A stretch of DNA of 64,000 nt, from assembly GCF_009914755.1 (NCBI RefSeq), contig NC_060940.1, one strand, 5' to 3'. The number at the start of each line of letters is the position of its first letter. Positions within the stretch are counted from its first letter, which is position 1. Shown one piece after another: positions 45,807 to 57,379 of this stretch. The translations under genes were made by a program, and so were the position numbers. The DNA comes from the human T2T-CHM13v2.0 reference genome, Homo sapiens. The notes under the pieces were generated by a model. The model saw only the letters and a list, made by a program, of their open reading frames with translations. It was not told the origin of the DNA and made no database searches.

Positions 45807-47205
45807 AACTTGAAGGATAAAGGAGACTGTAATGCCATATTTTGAAACCTGGCATCTTGATCAGATCTCATCACAGGGCTGGTAGCCATCACACACAGCA
45901 GTCAGTAGTGCCGGTGAGTTTTATTGTCTTTGTGCAGTGGTGAATCCCTCAGTATGTGCAGCCGTTTAGCATGGTAGCTATTCTAGTTCCACCATGAGCT
46001 AGCTCTGTGATCTCAGGAATGTTTCTTGACCTCTTTACCTCAGTATCCTCATCTCCAAATAGAGATAATAAAAATATCAACCTTTTTGCCTTTCTTTGAC
46101 TATAAAATCAAATAAAACATGTAAAACAAAGACTTCAAAAATACTAGCTGATATTATCATGACATACATAATAGCATTGCAAATAGTGACAAATTTAGAG
46201 AATTTTTTTTGTCTAAGAATCTCATAGCATCCCTTCAGATTAGCAGACACCTTCCTAGAAATTTCAAAGGTAAAGTTGGAAGTCATGGAATTATATGTGC
46301 AAGAAGCTGCATCTGTTGGCAAATCCATATCCCAGGAATTAAACCCAGTCATCCAATATCAAGAAGAGCCATTTGGCATCTTGTTTTTTGCCGTGTAAGC
46401 TGAGGAATCACTGGAGACTGGTCATCTCAGGGAGAAAGTAAGCCCAGTGCTAAGTAACTCGGGATTAAAAGACCATCGATAGCTTGTGACAGGCGCTTCC
46501 TGAGAAACGCATCCTGGTCAAATAGCAGCAATCATTAAATATATGAGGATCAGTCAATTTAATCTGTGCTTTTCATATGGATTGATTGGGTTAGCAAAGT
46601 AACAGAGCCAGGAGACAATTGACATTTTCACATCCTTTTCAGACATGCTGGGAGGGAAGAGAAGGGGGCAGGGAGACTTGGAAAGGGAACCTGCCCCCAC
46701 CCCTCACCTCTTGTGGTTTCCACCTGTGCCTTGCTTTAAACAATCTAGAAGCTCAGAGGGCCACGATCAGGGGGAGGTTCAAAGGCACAGACAATGAAGC
46801 TGGTGCACAAGTAGCTCCTCCTTGAGTCCTGACCATGGCCTTTTAGCAATTTCCTCTCCTTTCCTTCCACTCCCCACCAAGACCAATTTGCTCAAATCCC
46901 AAATTACAAGTGGAAAGAGGCCACTGAGCCCTAAAGTCAGTGGCCCTAAAGAGCCCTCTCCACCTGGGTATATAGCAAAGGAAATAAGAAATCAATGTTA
47001 GCTTGAAATAGTCAATGGAGTCCTGCCATGCCAAAGAAAGGTTTCTCTAACTGGAACATGTCCCCAGAAGTTGAAGGGTGAGACAGCTTCCTTGAGAAAG
47101 GCCTGGTGGGGTGTGGAGAGAGGTCAGAGTACTGTAAGGCAAGACTCCATCCATTCCATCAGCCACCTTCCTTCACCGCCATTTGGGGTAAATACAAAAC
47201 TTTGC

Positions 47206-47501
47206 TGCCAGGCGCGGTGGCTCATGCCTATAATCCCAGAACTTTGGGAGGCTGAGGTGGATGGATTACCTGAGGTCAGAAGTTTGAGACCAGCCTGGCC
47301 AACATGGTGAAACCCCATCTCTACTAAAAATACAAATATTAGCCTGGCGTGGTGGTGGGCGCCTGCAATCCCAGCTACTTGGGAGGCTGAGGCAGGAGAA
47401 TTGCTTGAACCTGGGAGGCAGAGGTTGGAGGTTCACACCACAGCACTCCAGCCTGGGTAACAGAGTGAAACTCTGTTTCAAAAAAAAAAAAAAGCCAAAA
47501 A
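47206..47501 (+). mobile_element. AluS
   Basis: Full dimer with a small right-arm deletion; flanked by aaaactt(t/c)gct. Confidence 0.92.
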
Positions 47502-47509
47502 AAAACTTC

Positions 47510-47943
47510 GCTTCTTGGGGTACAACGTACCTTTGGCTTCCATAGCACCCAAATTTGTCACAGTTGGAGAGGGAGGCAATGATTTTTGTGCTCTGAGCCA
47601 TGTCCCCTTGGCACACCTGATTTCAGCACTGGGGTGGTAGACAGTTCCACATCCAATGCCAGTGGACCAGTGGCCTCTCTCCAAACCTAAGGCCACCCTC
47701 CACCAATGGACGTGGGAATGTGCATATAATCCTACTTTCATTCCGTGGGCAGGATAGTACTAAGGTGAATTCTGTGTTATTCTTCAAACTCATGCAGTCA
47801 CCAAATCACTTTTTCTTTCCCCTCCTTCCCTTTTCTGTTCTCCCTTCTCCTTCATTCCTGCTTCCTGGGATCATCGCTCAACAAAATGCCTGCACCTCAG
47901 TCCTTGTCTTAGGTTCTGCTTTGGGAGAACCCAAACTAGGACC
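47510..47943 (+). mobile_element. ERVL LTR (LTR16-like)
   Basis: 3' end 'cttcctgggatcat...tccttgtcttaggttctgctttgggagaacccaaactagga'. Confidence 0.6.
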
Positions 47944-49229
47944 CATGGAAGACAAAAGACCAGGAGCCCCTCCAAGGGCACGCACTTCAGAGTTGACAGA
48001 TACCTGGTTGGCCCTAAATCAAGCTAGGGTTGTGCTGTGCCCTCAACATGCCCCACACATCACAGGTAGACTTCACTCCCCAGAAGGTGTTGCTCTGAGG
48101 CTGTGCCCTGTTTCCTTCCTGTGGTGGGGGTGGCCTGAAGGAATGATCCAGAAATTTCTGGAGACAGCTCATTGGTACAAGCACAGCCCTTGGACATATG
48201 ACATTCTAATTTGAGCCTCATGACCATCTCAGGGTGCAGGGCAGGGGACTACCCTCATTCCCAGAGGAGCAAAACTGAAAGTATTCTTGTAAAGAGTTTC
48301 TTGAAATAGGTTTGATTGATTCTTTAATAAAGTTTTCAACAAACACATGCCAGTTTGGCATTTTCTAATTCTTTTACATAATAAATCCTTGCAATATCCC
48401 ATCTTTGGGGCATGTGGTAATAACACATTTTATTTCACCTCTTCTAGTCCAGTATTTTTTAAAGCATGACATATTTTAGATGATACTGTGGGACATTACT
48501 TAATAAACTTGAATCACACAGTAAAAAAAAAAAATTCCTTTTTATGTTTTCTTCCAATAATATAAAAACAAGCAGAAAGCCTCAATTTGGTGCTAATATA
48601 TCTTTAGCACCTCTCCAAAATTTGATGCTCTTTCTGTTTAAAAAGGAGAGAGTAGGCCTCAGGTGAGCAACCATATCTGGCTAGAATTTTAGGATGATGT
48701 TCATGGAGTTAATTTTCAGGTTTGCATCTTTGTATAGCGAAAGAAGGTCAACTTCCATTTATGGAAGTGATGTAAGCATTTTCTTTTGAATAATGCATTA
48801 AAGCAAAAAAAATGGAGTCAGTTAAAAATATCAAGTCATTGATCATGGTAAAATTTATGAATGCTGAGGAGAATGCCTGAAGTCTAGAAATCGTTGTTGT
48901 AAGCCATTCATTTCTCCACTTAGGCTAACCCTCCTCTGCTTACGTAGTCAGTTCCCTTATTTGATCATTCAAATGGAAAACCTTCCACTAAAAGGAAGAA
49001 ACCATCTGGAAAAGGATCCCAGAGATCTGTTGTAATCTTGATAAGGTCCTTCCCCTTCCTGGAACTCAGCTTCTCCATTTTTAAAGTGGGTGGTGGTAGG
49101 ATGAATAAGACAATCTCTAATAACCCTTGAAACTCTGATGTTCTAGGTTTCAAATGTGGATAACTCCCAAGTTTGGACCTTTTGCCCTGACTTCTCCTGC
49201 AATGGAGATGTTGGTACCAAATTCTGGTA

Positions 49230-49630
49230 GCTGGATCTGAAGGAAAAAATTAATTGCGTTGGGACAACATGCAAGCCCTTTACCGTGGTCTGCAAGATCT
49301 GCCACTATCTGTCTTCTGTTTGCAATTTCTCTATTGACATCTGTTGCCGTCTCGCACCTCACCCCTATCTGTTACCTGGCTCATTTCTCCTCATCCTTTA
49401 AGATTCATCTAAGGTATCACCTCTTCCAGGAAGCTTTCTTTGGTCAACTTACCCATTGCCAGTCTGAGATAGGCATGGCTTTCTTCTGAGCTCTGTCATC
49501 ACCTGGCTTTGGCTTGCATCCTGTCGCATCATAGATAAGTGTCCATGTCCCCCACCGGACTGCCAGCTTCTTTGTGTGCTAAGTGTCCAGCACAGGGACT
49601 GGCATAGAGTAGGTGTTCAATAAATGTAGG
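49230..49630 (+). mobile_element. L2 3' region
   Basis: 'tcacctcttccaggaagcttt...cagcacagggactggcatagagtaggtgttcaataaatg'. Confidence 0.75.
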
Positions 49631-49632
49631 AT

Positions 49633-49836
49633 CCAGCCTGGGCAACATAGGGAGACCCCATCTATACAAAAACTAAAATAAATTAGCCAGGTGTGGTGGT
49701 GGAGCCTGTGGCTCCAGCTATACAGAAGGATGGCTTGAGCCTGGGAGTTCAAGGGTGCAGTGAGCCATGACTGCACGACTGCACTCCAACCTAGGTGACA
49801 GAGCAAGACCCCATCTCTAAAAAAATCAAATAAAAA
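49633..49836 (+). mobile_element. 5'-truncated AluJ
   Basis: Starts 'ccagcctgggcaacatagggagacccc'; full right arm. Confidence 0.88.
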
Positions 49837-51339
49837 TATGATCAATGCATGAATGATTCCATTTCCAATTTATCTCATAACTTTGTAAGTCTATCACTTA
49901 GTATACAGAATTCTTTCAGTTCACTCCGTGGTCTTCCTCTTCATGTCTTGACATTTTTTCACCTGTTACCTGATGAGGACAAGGTTACTGTGTCATCTAC
50001 ATCAATCCAGTTCCTTCCAGGAGGCTCGAAACTTCTGCAGGACAGAGATTGCCTCCCACTTCCCTACTCCCCGCTTGCTAGGAAAACCATAGGCACTCAT
50101 GAGTAACTATAATTGTCCAGAGAGACACAAACTCCTCATTAACACAAATGGAATGTCCTCCAGGCCCCTGACACTCCCCCGTTTCTATTTTGTACCTTTC
50201 TAAGTCAGGCCCATTCTGCTGCTCCTAAGTCATAGCCTCTATGAGCTATAGTATGCCAAAGTACCAGATACAATTATATATGGGGGAAAGAAATTTCTAT
50301 TTTGGTCTCAAGAAAATTATGTGATTTTGCTTAAGTTCAATTTTAAAACATGGAATATGACTGAACTTAATGTTAGTACTTAAGAAAAATGTTCACGGTA
50401 ATTACAGATGAAGATACATATCTATAATTTATTTCAAATTTAGTAATACAAAAAAATTCTGGATCCTAACATAACTATTTATAGCTTGGCCAGGAGAACT
50501 CTAAGGATACCAGTTATTTCACCAGAATAGGTTATTTTTCATGTATCTTATTTAAGCAATAATGCATGACAGAGCATGAATTATGGCATATTAATTCTCA
50601 CCTAGTGTGCTATTAGGCTAACGTTGATGGCTGAGAGCTGTCAGTGCAACTAGGCATGAATTACTATCTAATAATTCCCCTGCTGAAATGTCTTATTGAG
50701 ATTATAGCATTTTATTAGTAAAGGTTATTCCTTTAAAAATGTTTTTGTATGCTAATTGAGAACAGGGGGCTCAGGAAGGGAAAAGCTTCTCGGCTTTCCC
50801 CAGTAGCCATTTCTGAAACTTCTCTTTGAGGTCCCCAACACTTCACCCTTGTTGACACACAAATATCATCTTTTGGAAGTTTTCTTAGACACTTGGCACA
50901 GAGGAGCCCCTCAGCAGTTGGGAATCTGGACGCAATAACTTGCTTTGGCCAGAGATTTCATTCGATGAAATTCAAATGGGCCTTGCAAATGTGAGTCTGG
51001 CCCCGTGAGGTGCTAAGGGAGAAGGCAGCATGCTGAAAATTCTTCCAGCACCAGCGGGGAGGCCACTGGTGAATATGGCAAGGACAGTGCAAGGTTGGAG
51101 TTTGAGACAGAGGGTTCAAATCCTGGCTGTAGCACTTGCTAGCTGCAACTCTTGGGCAAAGTCCTTTAACCTTCTCTGGCTCACAGTTTCCTTCTAATAT
51201 AGTGGGCATTCTCCCCACCTCCTGAGCCTGATGCAATACAGAAGTGTCCACTGCCTGCAGCCCCTCTCCTTACCTACCTGTTCCTATATTGAAGCCAAAG
51301 TGATCTGTGTTACAGGCTCATCATTTGAAAGTCAGCATG

Positions 51340-52304
51340 TGCTGCCATCTCCTGCAGTGTCTCCTGTGTCCCTCACACCTCTCAGAGCCCAGACCAGAGT
51401 GTGGCCCCTGGAGTCATAATGATGAAGGTCATGTACATGTTGAAGGGCCAGAGCCCGGTGCAGGGCACCATCCACTTTGAGCAGAAGGAAAATGAACCAT
51501 TTATGGTGTCAGAATGCATTACAGGATTGACTGAACGCCAGCACAGATTCCATGTTCATCAGTTTGGAGATAATACACCAGGCTGTACCAGGGCAGTTCC
51601 TTACTTTAATCCTTTAACCAAAAACCACAGTGGGCCAAGGATCAAGAGAGGCAGGTTGGAGACCTGGGTAATGTGGCCGCTGGCAAAGATGTGTCGCCAA
51701 CATGTCTGTTGAAGATTCTCTGGTCTCACTCTCAGGACACTGTTCCATCACTGCCCACACAATGGTGTCCATGACAAACCAGATGACTTGGGCAAAGGTG
51801 AAAATGAAGAAAGTACAAACACAGGAAATGCTAGAAGTTGTTTGGTTTGTGGTGTAATTGGGATTGCCCAATAAACATTCTCTTAAATGTGGTCTGAGTT
51901 CCATTAACTCATCTATTATCCTGCTAGCTGTAGAGATGAAATTTGATAAACATTAAACACTGAAATCTTTATTTTTTATTTTATTTTATTTTTTTTTGTG
52001 GCAGAGTCTCACTCTGTAGCCCAGGTTGGAGTGCAGTGGCATGATCTCGGCTCACTGCAAGCTCCACCTCCCAGGTTCACGCCATTCTCCTGCCTCAGCC
52101 TCCTGAGTAGCTGGGACTACAGGTGCCTGCCACCACGCCCGGCTAATTTTTTTGAAATTTTTTAGTAGAGACGGGGTTTCACCGTGTTAGCCAGGATGGT
52201 CTCGATCTCCTGACCTCATGATCTGCCTGCCTCAGCCTCCCAAAGTGCTGGGTTTACAGGCGTGAGCCACTGTGCCCGGCCTGAAATCTTTAAAAGAAAG
52301 TAAA
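51340..52304 (+). pseudogene. SOD1P2: Processed SOD1 (Cu/Zn superoxide dismutase) pseudogene; CDS-equivalent 51416-51874
   Basis: Intronless and collinear with the SOD1 mRNA as I recall it. 5'UTR 'tctcctgcagtgtct...gtgtggcc'; start ATG>ATA; 'QGTIHFEQK...[13 protein letters not shown]...CGVIGIAQ*'; three 1-bp deletions (~51638, ~51691, ~51766) and one codon deletion; H63Y, H80Q, R143C; 3'UTR to ATTAAA; A-rich tail; TSD aaa(g/c)tcagcatg at 51328-51339 and 52305-52316. SOD1 parentage is clear; the 'P2' number is from memory of the locus. Confidence 0.93.
51971..52281 (-). mobile_element. AluY inserted at the polyA junction of the SOD1 retrocopy
   Basis: 'gcaagctccacctcccaggttcacgccattctcc' and 'accgtgttagccaggatggtctcgatctcc'; TSD tgaaatcttt at 51961-51970 and 52282-52291. 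Confidence 0.95.
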
Positions 52305-52394
52305 AAACTCAGCATGGCTTCTCTCCTGCCCCTGGCGTAGAGATTAACAGTCTTATGCTGGCTTCTATTTTTAAATTTTTAAAAAATAATTCCA

Positions 52395-52694
52395 ATTAAT
52401 TAATTAATTTAGAGACAGGGTCTCACTCTGTTGCCCAGGCTGAAGTACAGTGGCACAATCATGGCTCACTGCAGCTTCAACTTCCTGGACTCAAGAGATC
52501 CTCTTTCCTTGGCCTCTTGAGTAGCTGGGACCACAGGCACACACCACCATGCCCAGCCAATTTTTGTATTTTTTGTAGAGATGGGGTTTTGCCATGTTTC
52601 CCAGGCTGGTCTTGAACTCCTGAGCTCAAGTGATCTTCTCACCTTGGCCTCCCAAAATGCTGAGATTATAGGCATGAGACACCGCACCTGGCCC
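52395..52694 (-). mobile_element. AluJ
   Basis: Full dimer with (TAAT)n tail. Confidence 0.9.
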
Positions 52695-52914
52695 ATATGC
52701 TGGCCGTGCCTTATTGGGATGAGGGCTATTGTGGTCTGGGTTCTGGTTCCTCGGGCTTCTTTCTGCTCTTCCATTAGGTTAGGATTCCCCTGCCCAGGGA
52801 CTGTCACCACTTCCTAACCCCTCCTCCACTCTTCCTTCATGTTAGCCTGTCACTAGTTAAGTCTTTCACACAATTCAGATCTCAGCTAAACTAGAGAAGC
52901 CTTCTCTAAATCTA

Positions 52915-53248
52915 TGCAGTAGGCGTTCTGGATCTCCTCCTTCTAGGCGCATGGGGGATTGCCCATTCCCATTCTCCTTCAAGTTGGGTGTGGCCATGTG
53001 ACTTCAACTGGGTATGAAATGTGGACAGAGTGATGTGTGTTGCCTATAGGAAGAAACATGCTTTTATTTCCCCTGTGACTGTGGAAGCAGGGTTGAGATG
53101 AAGCCCCTCTCATTCTGTTTCTGAGTGAACGTAAGAAGCAGAATGTCCCTTCTGACCTACCTGAGAGAAATAAATAGCTCCTATTAACCCCATGAGGATT
53201 GAGGGCTATTTGTTACACAGCAAAACCTAACCTAACCTGCCTGATACA
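52915..53248 (+). mobile_element. MLT1 (I/J-like) LTR
   Basis: 'aagttgggtgtggccatgtgactt...gctatttgttacacagcaaaacctaacctaacctgcctgataca'. Confidence 0.75.
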
Positions 53249-55029
53249 CCCACCCTACCTTAATCGGTCCACCCTCTCCTCATGCTTGGGCAAGTCCTTA
53301 TGTAACACCTTGGAGTCTGTCTCCACATTACTTACCATGACTATAAATAGTTTTGTGTAATTATTTTCTTAGTGTCTATTAGCTCCACCAGTGTTTCATA
53401 GTTCAACAGATTCAAATTTCTGATGCATAGGTCAAAGATGACTCCTACCCTCTGAGCAATATACTCTGTCTCAAGTTTGCTGTGTGACCTTGAGCAAGAG
53501 TCTTCTGCTCTCTGGGCCTTGGCTTCCTCATTTGTTAAGTGAAGGTAATCTTTTCTGGTACCTTCCATATGTGGGGTTGGGATATAATAGTAAAGTATGT
53601 ATTTCTGTATTAATAAGTTGCACAAATACATCCTGTTGAGCAGGAAATCAGAATCTTCACACTGGGGTGAAGATTCAGTACCCAAGTCCTGAAAGCTGCA
53701 TGGCAGCTGGCATGGCAATTCCCACTTAGAAACCTCTTTGTAGTGTCCTTAGGCAATGTCAACCCTAGGACGGCCCCCACTGAGGACAAGAATAAAAACA
53801 CATTTTCTCAGAGAAGCTGGTGAGCATCCTTTCTGATTTGAAATATATGAGGGTTGCTTCGTACAACACAAAAATGAGACTGGGAAACAATAATTTTGTA
53901 TCCATAGGCTACTGGCAAGAGAGAGGCTTATCTGGTCTTTGGAGCTCAAGAAACCTTCTCACTCCCTCCCTCCAAAACAAAAGAGAGTCTATGAGAACAG
54001 AACCAGTGAAGTTGCTCACATATTACAAAATCAATGCCCATCAGTGCCGAGCTGCTTGGCTGGCCCACCTGTGAACAAATGTGCCAGAGCAGACACTGCC
54101 CAACATCCACATAAGCACTGCTTCGCTCTCTGAACAGTTTTTACAGCCATAATTAGGTTTTGAAGGGATCCAGGAGAGCCCTTCACAAGGGAACAACCAA
54201 ACTAAAAGGCCAAGGAGAAATCATATCCTGAGCCCTCTTAGTGGGACAACCTGTCTCTCAAATGACAATTTTTCCGTGGAGGCATGGCCTCAGGGGAGGG
54301 GTGGCCGACAACACAATGAGGTCTCCAATAAATCCTTGAGAGCCTAGCATTTCGAGACTCTCCACTGTAGCTTGGGATTCTCACGTGACTTCTGGTTTGA
54401 CTCTGAAGCTGCTTGTGTCTATGTGTACTCCTAAATACAGAAAGAATCCAAATTTTCTTTCTGGAAGTCTAGGGGCAGACAGGAATCTGAGCTTCACCCT
54501 CCTTCCTTTCTGACCCCTTGTGGAAAGCTGGCTTCTAGTCTATGACAAGGCTGAGGGGTACAAGTGATGCATCCAAATGTTCTTTTAACCCTTAGTGGGC
54601 CCCAGGTCTCCACATGTCAGGGAGGATTTACTTCAGTTTCAATCTTTGTCCAAAGTCCCCATTTCTGTCTCTGCCAGGAGATAGCCTCAGAGATCAGCCC
54701 AGAGTTAATAAACAAGCTGCAGGCATCATTTGCAAAAGAAACCAGAGGCCAAGAATTACTGCATGGCAAAGGTGGTCACTTCTTGATGACCTCATCTACC
54801 CTCTGTACAAGATATGTATGTTATCTCCTTAGGAAGAAAGCCACCTGTTAGCGAGAACCGTGCCCTGCCCATGTGTACCTGCTCAGAGGCTGAGTTCTGA
54901 GAACCATGTGATTGAGAAGAGACTGAAGAGCAAGAACCCATTGTAGAGATAGGATTACTGAGGCAAGAGGAGCAACTAACTGTGATCAAAGGGAATCAAG
55001 GCCTCTCGATTTTCTCTGTGGGTTACCCA

Positions 55030-55172
55030 CTAAACCAGAACACATGCATCAGAACCTCATGGTGCTTGTTAAAATGCATATTCCCAGGCCCTGTGCCAAG
55101 ATCCACCACAACAGAAGCTCTGGAGCTGGGGCTCTGGAATCTGCAGTTCTAGCAATTTGGAAATCAGGAGCC
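55030..55172. mobile_element. MER5A-like DNA transposon
   Basis: 'tgcatcagaacctc..ggtgcttgttaaaatgcatattcccaggccc...gggctctggaatctgcagttctagcaa'. Confidence 0.75.
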
Positions 55173-56245
55173 TAGATTCATGCTTTCTCACACGCCCTCA
55201 GCCAACATGATACTGATGAGCCATGAAATCCAAGAATCTCTACAGTAAAACTTAATTCCTCCCATGTCTCTTTAAAGTTACCTTAAAAGGAGGCAGATTT
55301 GAAAGTCGACAAAGACAGCGCATTAGCAAGAGCTAAACTGGCCCAATGGACAAATACAAGTTTCTAAAAGTCCCTTTCTTCTGAATAGTATTTATCGGGT
55401 GGTTGTGGTTGCTGTTATTAAAAATCCCTTCTCTATGCACTTGTGCATAATCCAGCCTATTTCTGAAGCCGTCCAAAGGAATCTGAACCAGGTGTCACCA
55501 ATTTTGGACCAGCCTCAGAGAAAAGTAGTGTGGAGACAATGTCAGGTCTCCAGTCCCAGGACTGTACCTCTCTCCAGGCCATGAATTTCAATTTCTTCCT
55601 CCTCTTCCTCTGGAAGTGAAGTTCTTCCCTGCCCTTGCCTCCTCGGAGGTACACTTCCCCTCTCAGTAAGCAGCTGCGCCCTTCTTGGCAGCTGCTGCAG
55701 ATTAGTAAATTACAAGTTCGAGATTAAAAAAGAAATGACTAAAGAATAAAACCTTTAGTCTGGCGATTTGAAGTCAGACTGCCACAATGAACACCTGTTG
55801 AGAAAGACCATTATTAGAAACTGGAGGCTCTGGGTGAAAAGATCACTGTGAATTAATTTTGATTGCCTCACGAAACTCTGCATAACAAATGATCTCCAAA
55901 GGGGGTGTCATTGGACTTGCATTTGAAGGGGGTGGGGGGGAGATTTTGTTTCGAGCAAGGTAATATAAGCTCTACCATGACATTAAAATCCACCATTGGT
56001 TGCACTTGTCTGTATCCCTCTGTTGAAACAGATTGTGCATGCTAAGGTTACCATGTATTATGCTTCTGGGGAAAAAAGAGAAACAATTGATATCAAAATC
56101 TTTTAAAAAGGTTAGTTGAGAAAGCATGAGGTCAGAGACTCATGACTCCCAAATTGTTAAATCGTTTATTTATGTCTGTGTCTATGTAAATGGAGATTTG
56201 GGTGTGCTCTTGGTGATTTAACAGCCCTTGTTTTATTTTTTTAAC

Positions 56246-56251
<6 letters not shown>

Positions 56252-56282
<31 letters not shown>
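56252..56282. repeat. (CA)n microsatellite
   Basis: Directly visible. Confidence 0.95.
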
Positions 56283-56288
<6 letters not shown>

Positions 56289-57379
56289 CCTCTATAATTT
56301 TTTTTGTAAGGGAAGAATAGAGTGAAAAATATGTTAAGAAATGGATTTGCTTGCAGTTGGATGACCTTTGTACTTTGTAATGTCATCAGAAATGAGAAAA
56401 AGGCGTGAGAGATCACAAGGTACTGTGGAATAGTGGGGCTGGGTGGGTGATGGGGGGAGGATACACTGAATATTAAGTAGTTTCATTCTTTCCTGAAAAG
56501 AAAGAGACTCCAACTAAAATATGCCGGCGTCCTACCTGTCTGTCAGCCCTTGATTAAATCTAAAAGCAGGCATCCCATCTGTTTGCCCAAATGAAAAGTG
56601 TAATATTCTACTAACTACTTTATATTATTACTCAACTTCAGAGTTTCCTGCAAAATGATCCTCAGTTCATCTGAAGTTTATCTGGCTCACAAAAAGAAGC
56701 TCCAGAAAGCTTTGTGCTTTTAAGCTAATAAGCAGTATACCCAGCTGACTCTGTGGCTGAATTTTCAACACTTGGCCATTAATATCACATGAATTTTCAT
56801 AGCCGTGGACTTCCATTTGTTATGAGACATAAAACCTGGAAGCACTCGGAGAGCCATGGATAACTATGAATATAAGCAAAATCTTAATCCTCTGCCCCAG
56901 TCAGACTCTTCCCAATAGTGAGAGTGTGGAAGTTATACAACTGTGTTGGGTTATGTAACAATATTTCCCTGACCAAGCGTATCATTTTATTACATGATTC
57001 ATAATTTGTTCTTTCAAATGTGTTGGGACTTAGCCCCAACGTCCGAGCAGAACACATGCAAGAGCCCCCATCCCCAAACCTCCAAGGGGCACCAACTCTC
57101 ACAAAGTTCGAAGATGCTTCTGGTGCCTGCTTTTGTTTCTAGGTCATCAGAAAGATTTGGGGAAGCTTGCTGTGAGCGGAGCCTACTTGGGTTGCCTACA
57201 AATGCTCTCTCTCCACGAGCAAACGCTTTTAAAAAGAATTCCAATTTCTGCACGATTTGGAAAATCTCTGGGGGGTTCCTTGGAGATATTAGATAATTGA
57301 ATACAGCTTTCTCCCATTGGAAAAAAAATCCTCACATCCAACAACATCCCCCTAACTCCCAACGTCCCTTAGCACACCA

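Noticed and set aside
47720-48214. 164-aa ORF
   Set aside because: GTG start, partly inside an ERVL LTR, no recognisable homology.
51401-51712. 103-aa SOD1-like ORF as a functional gene
   Set aside because: Intronless, start codon lost, frameshifts from ~51638, metal ligands H63 and H80 substituted: a pseudogene.
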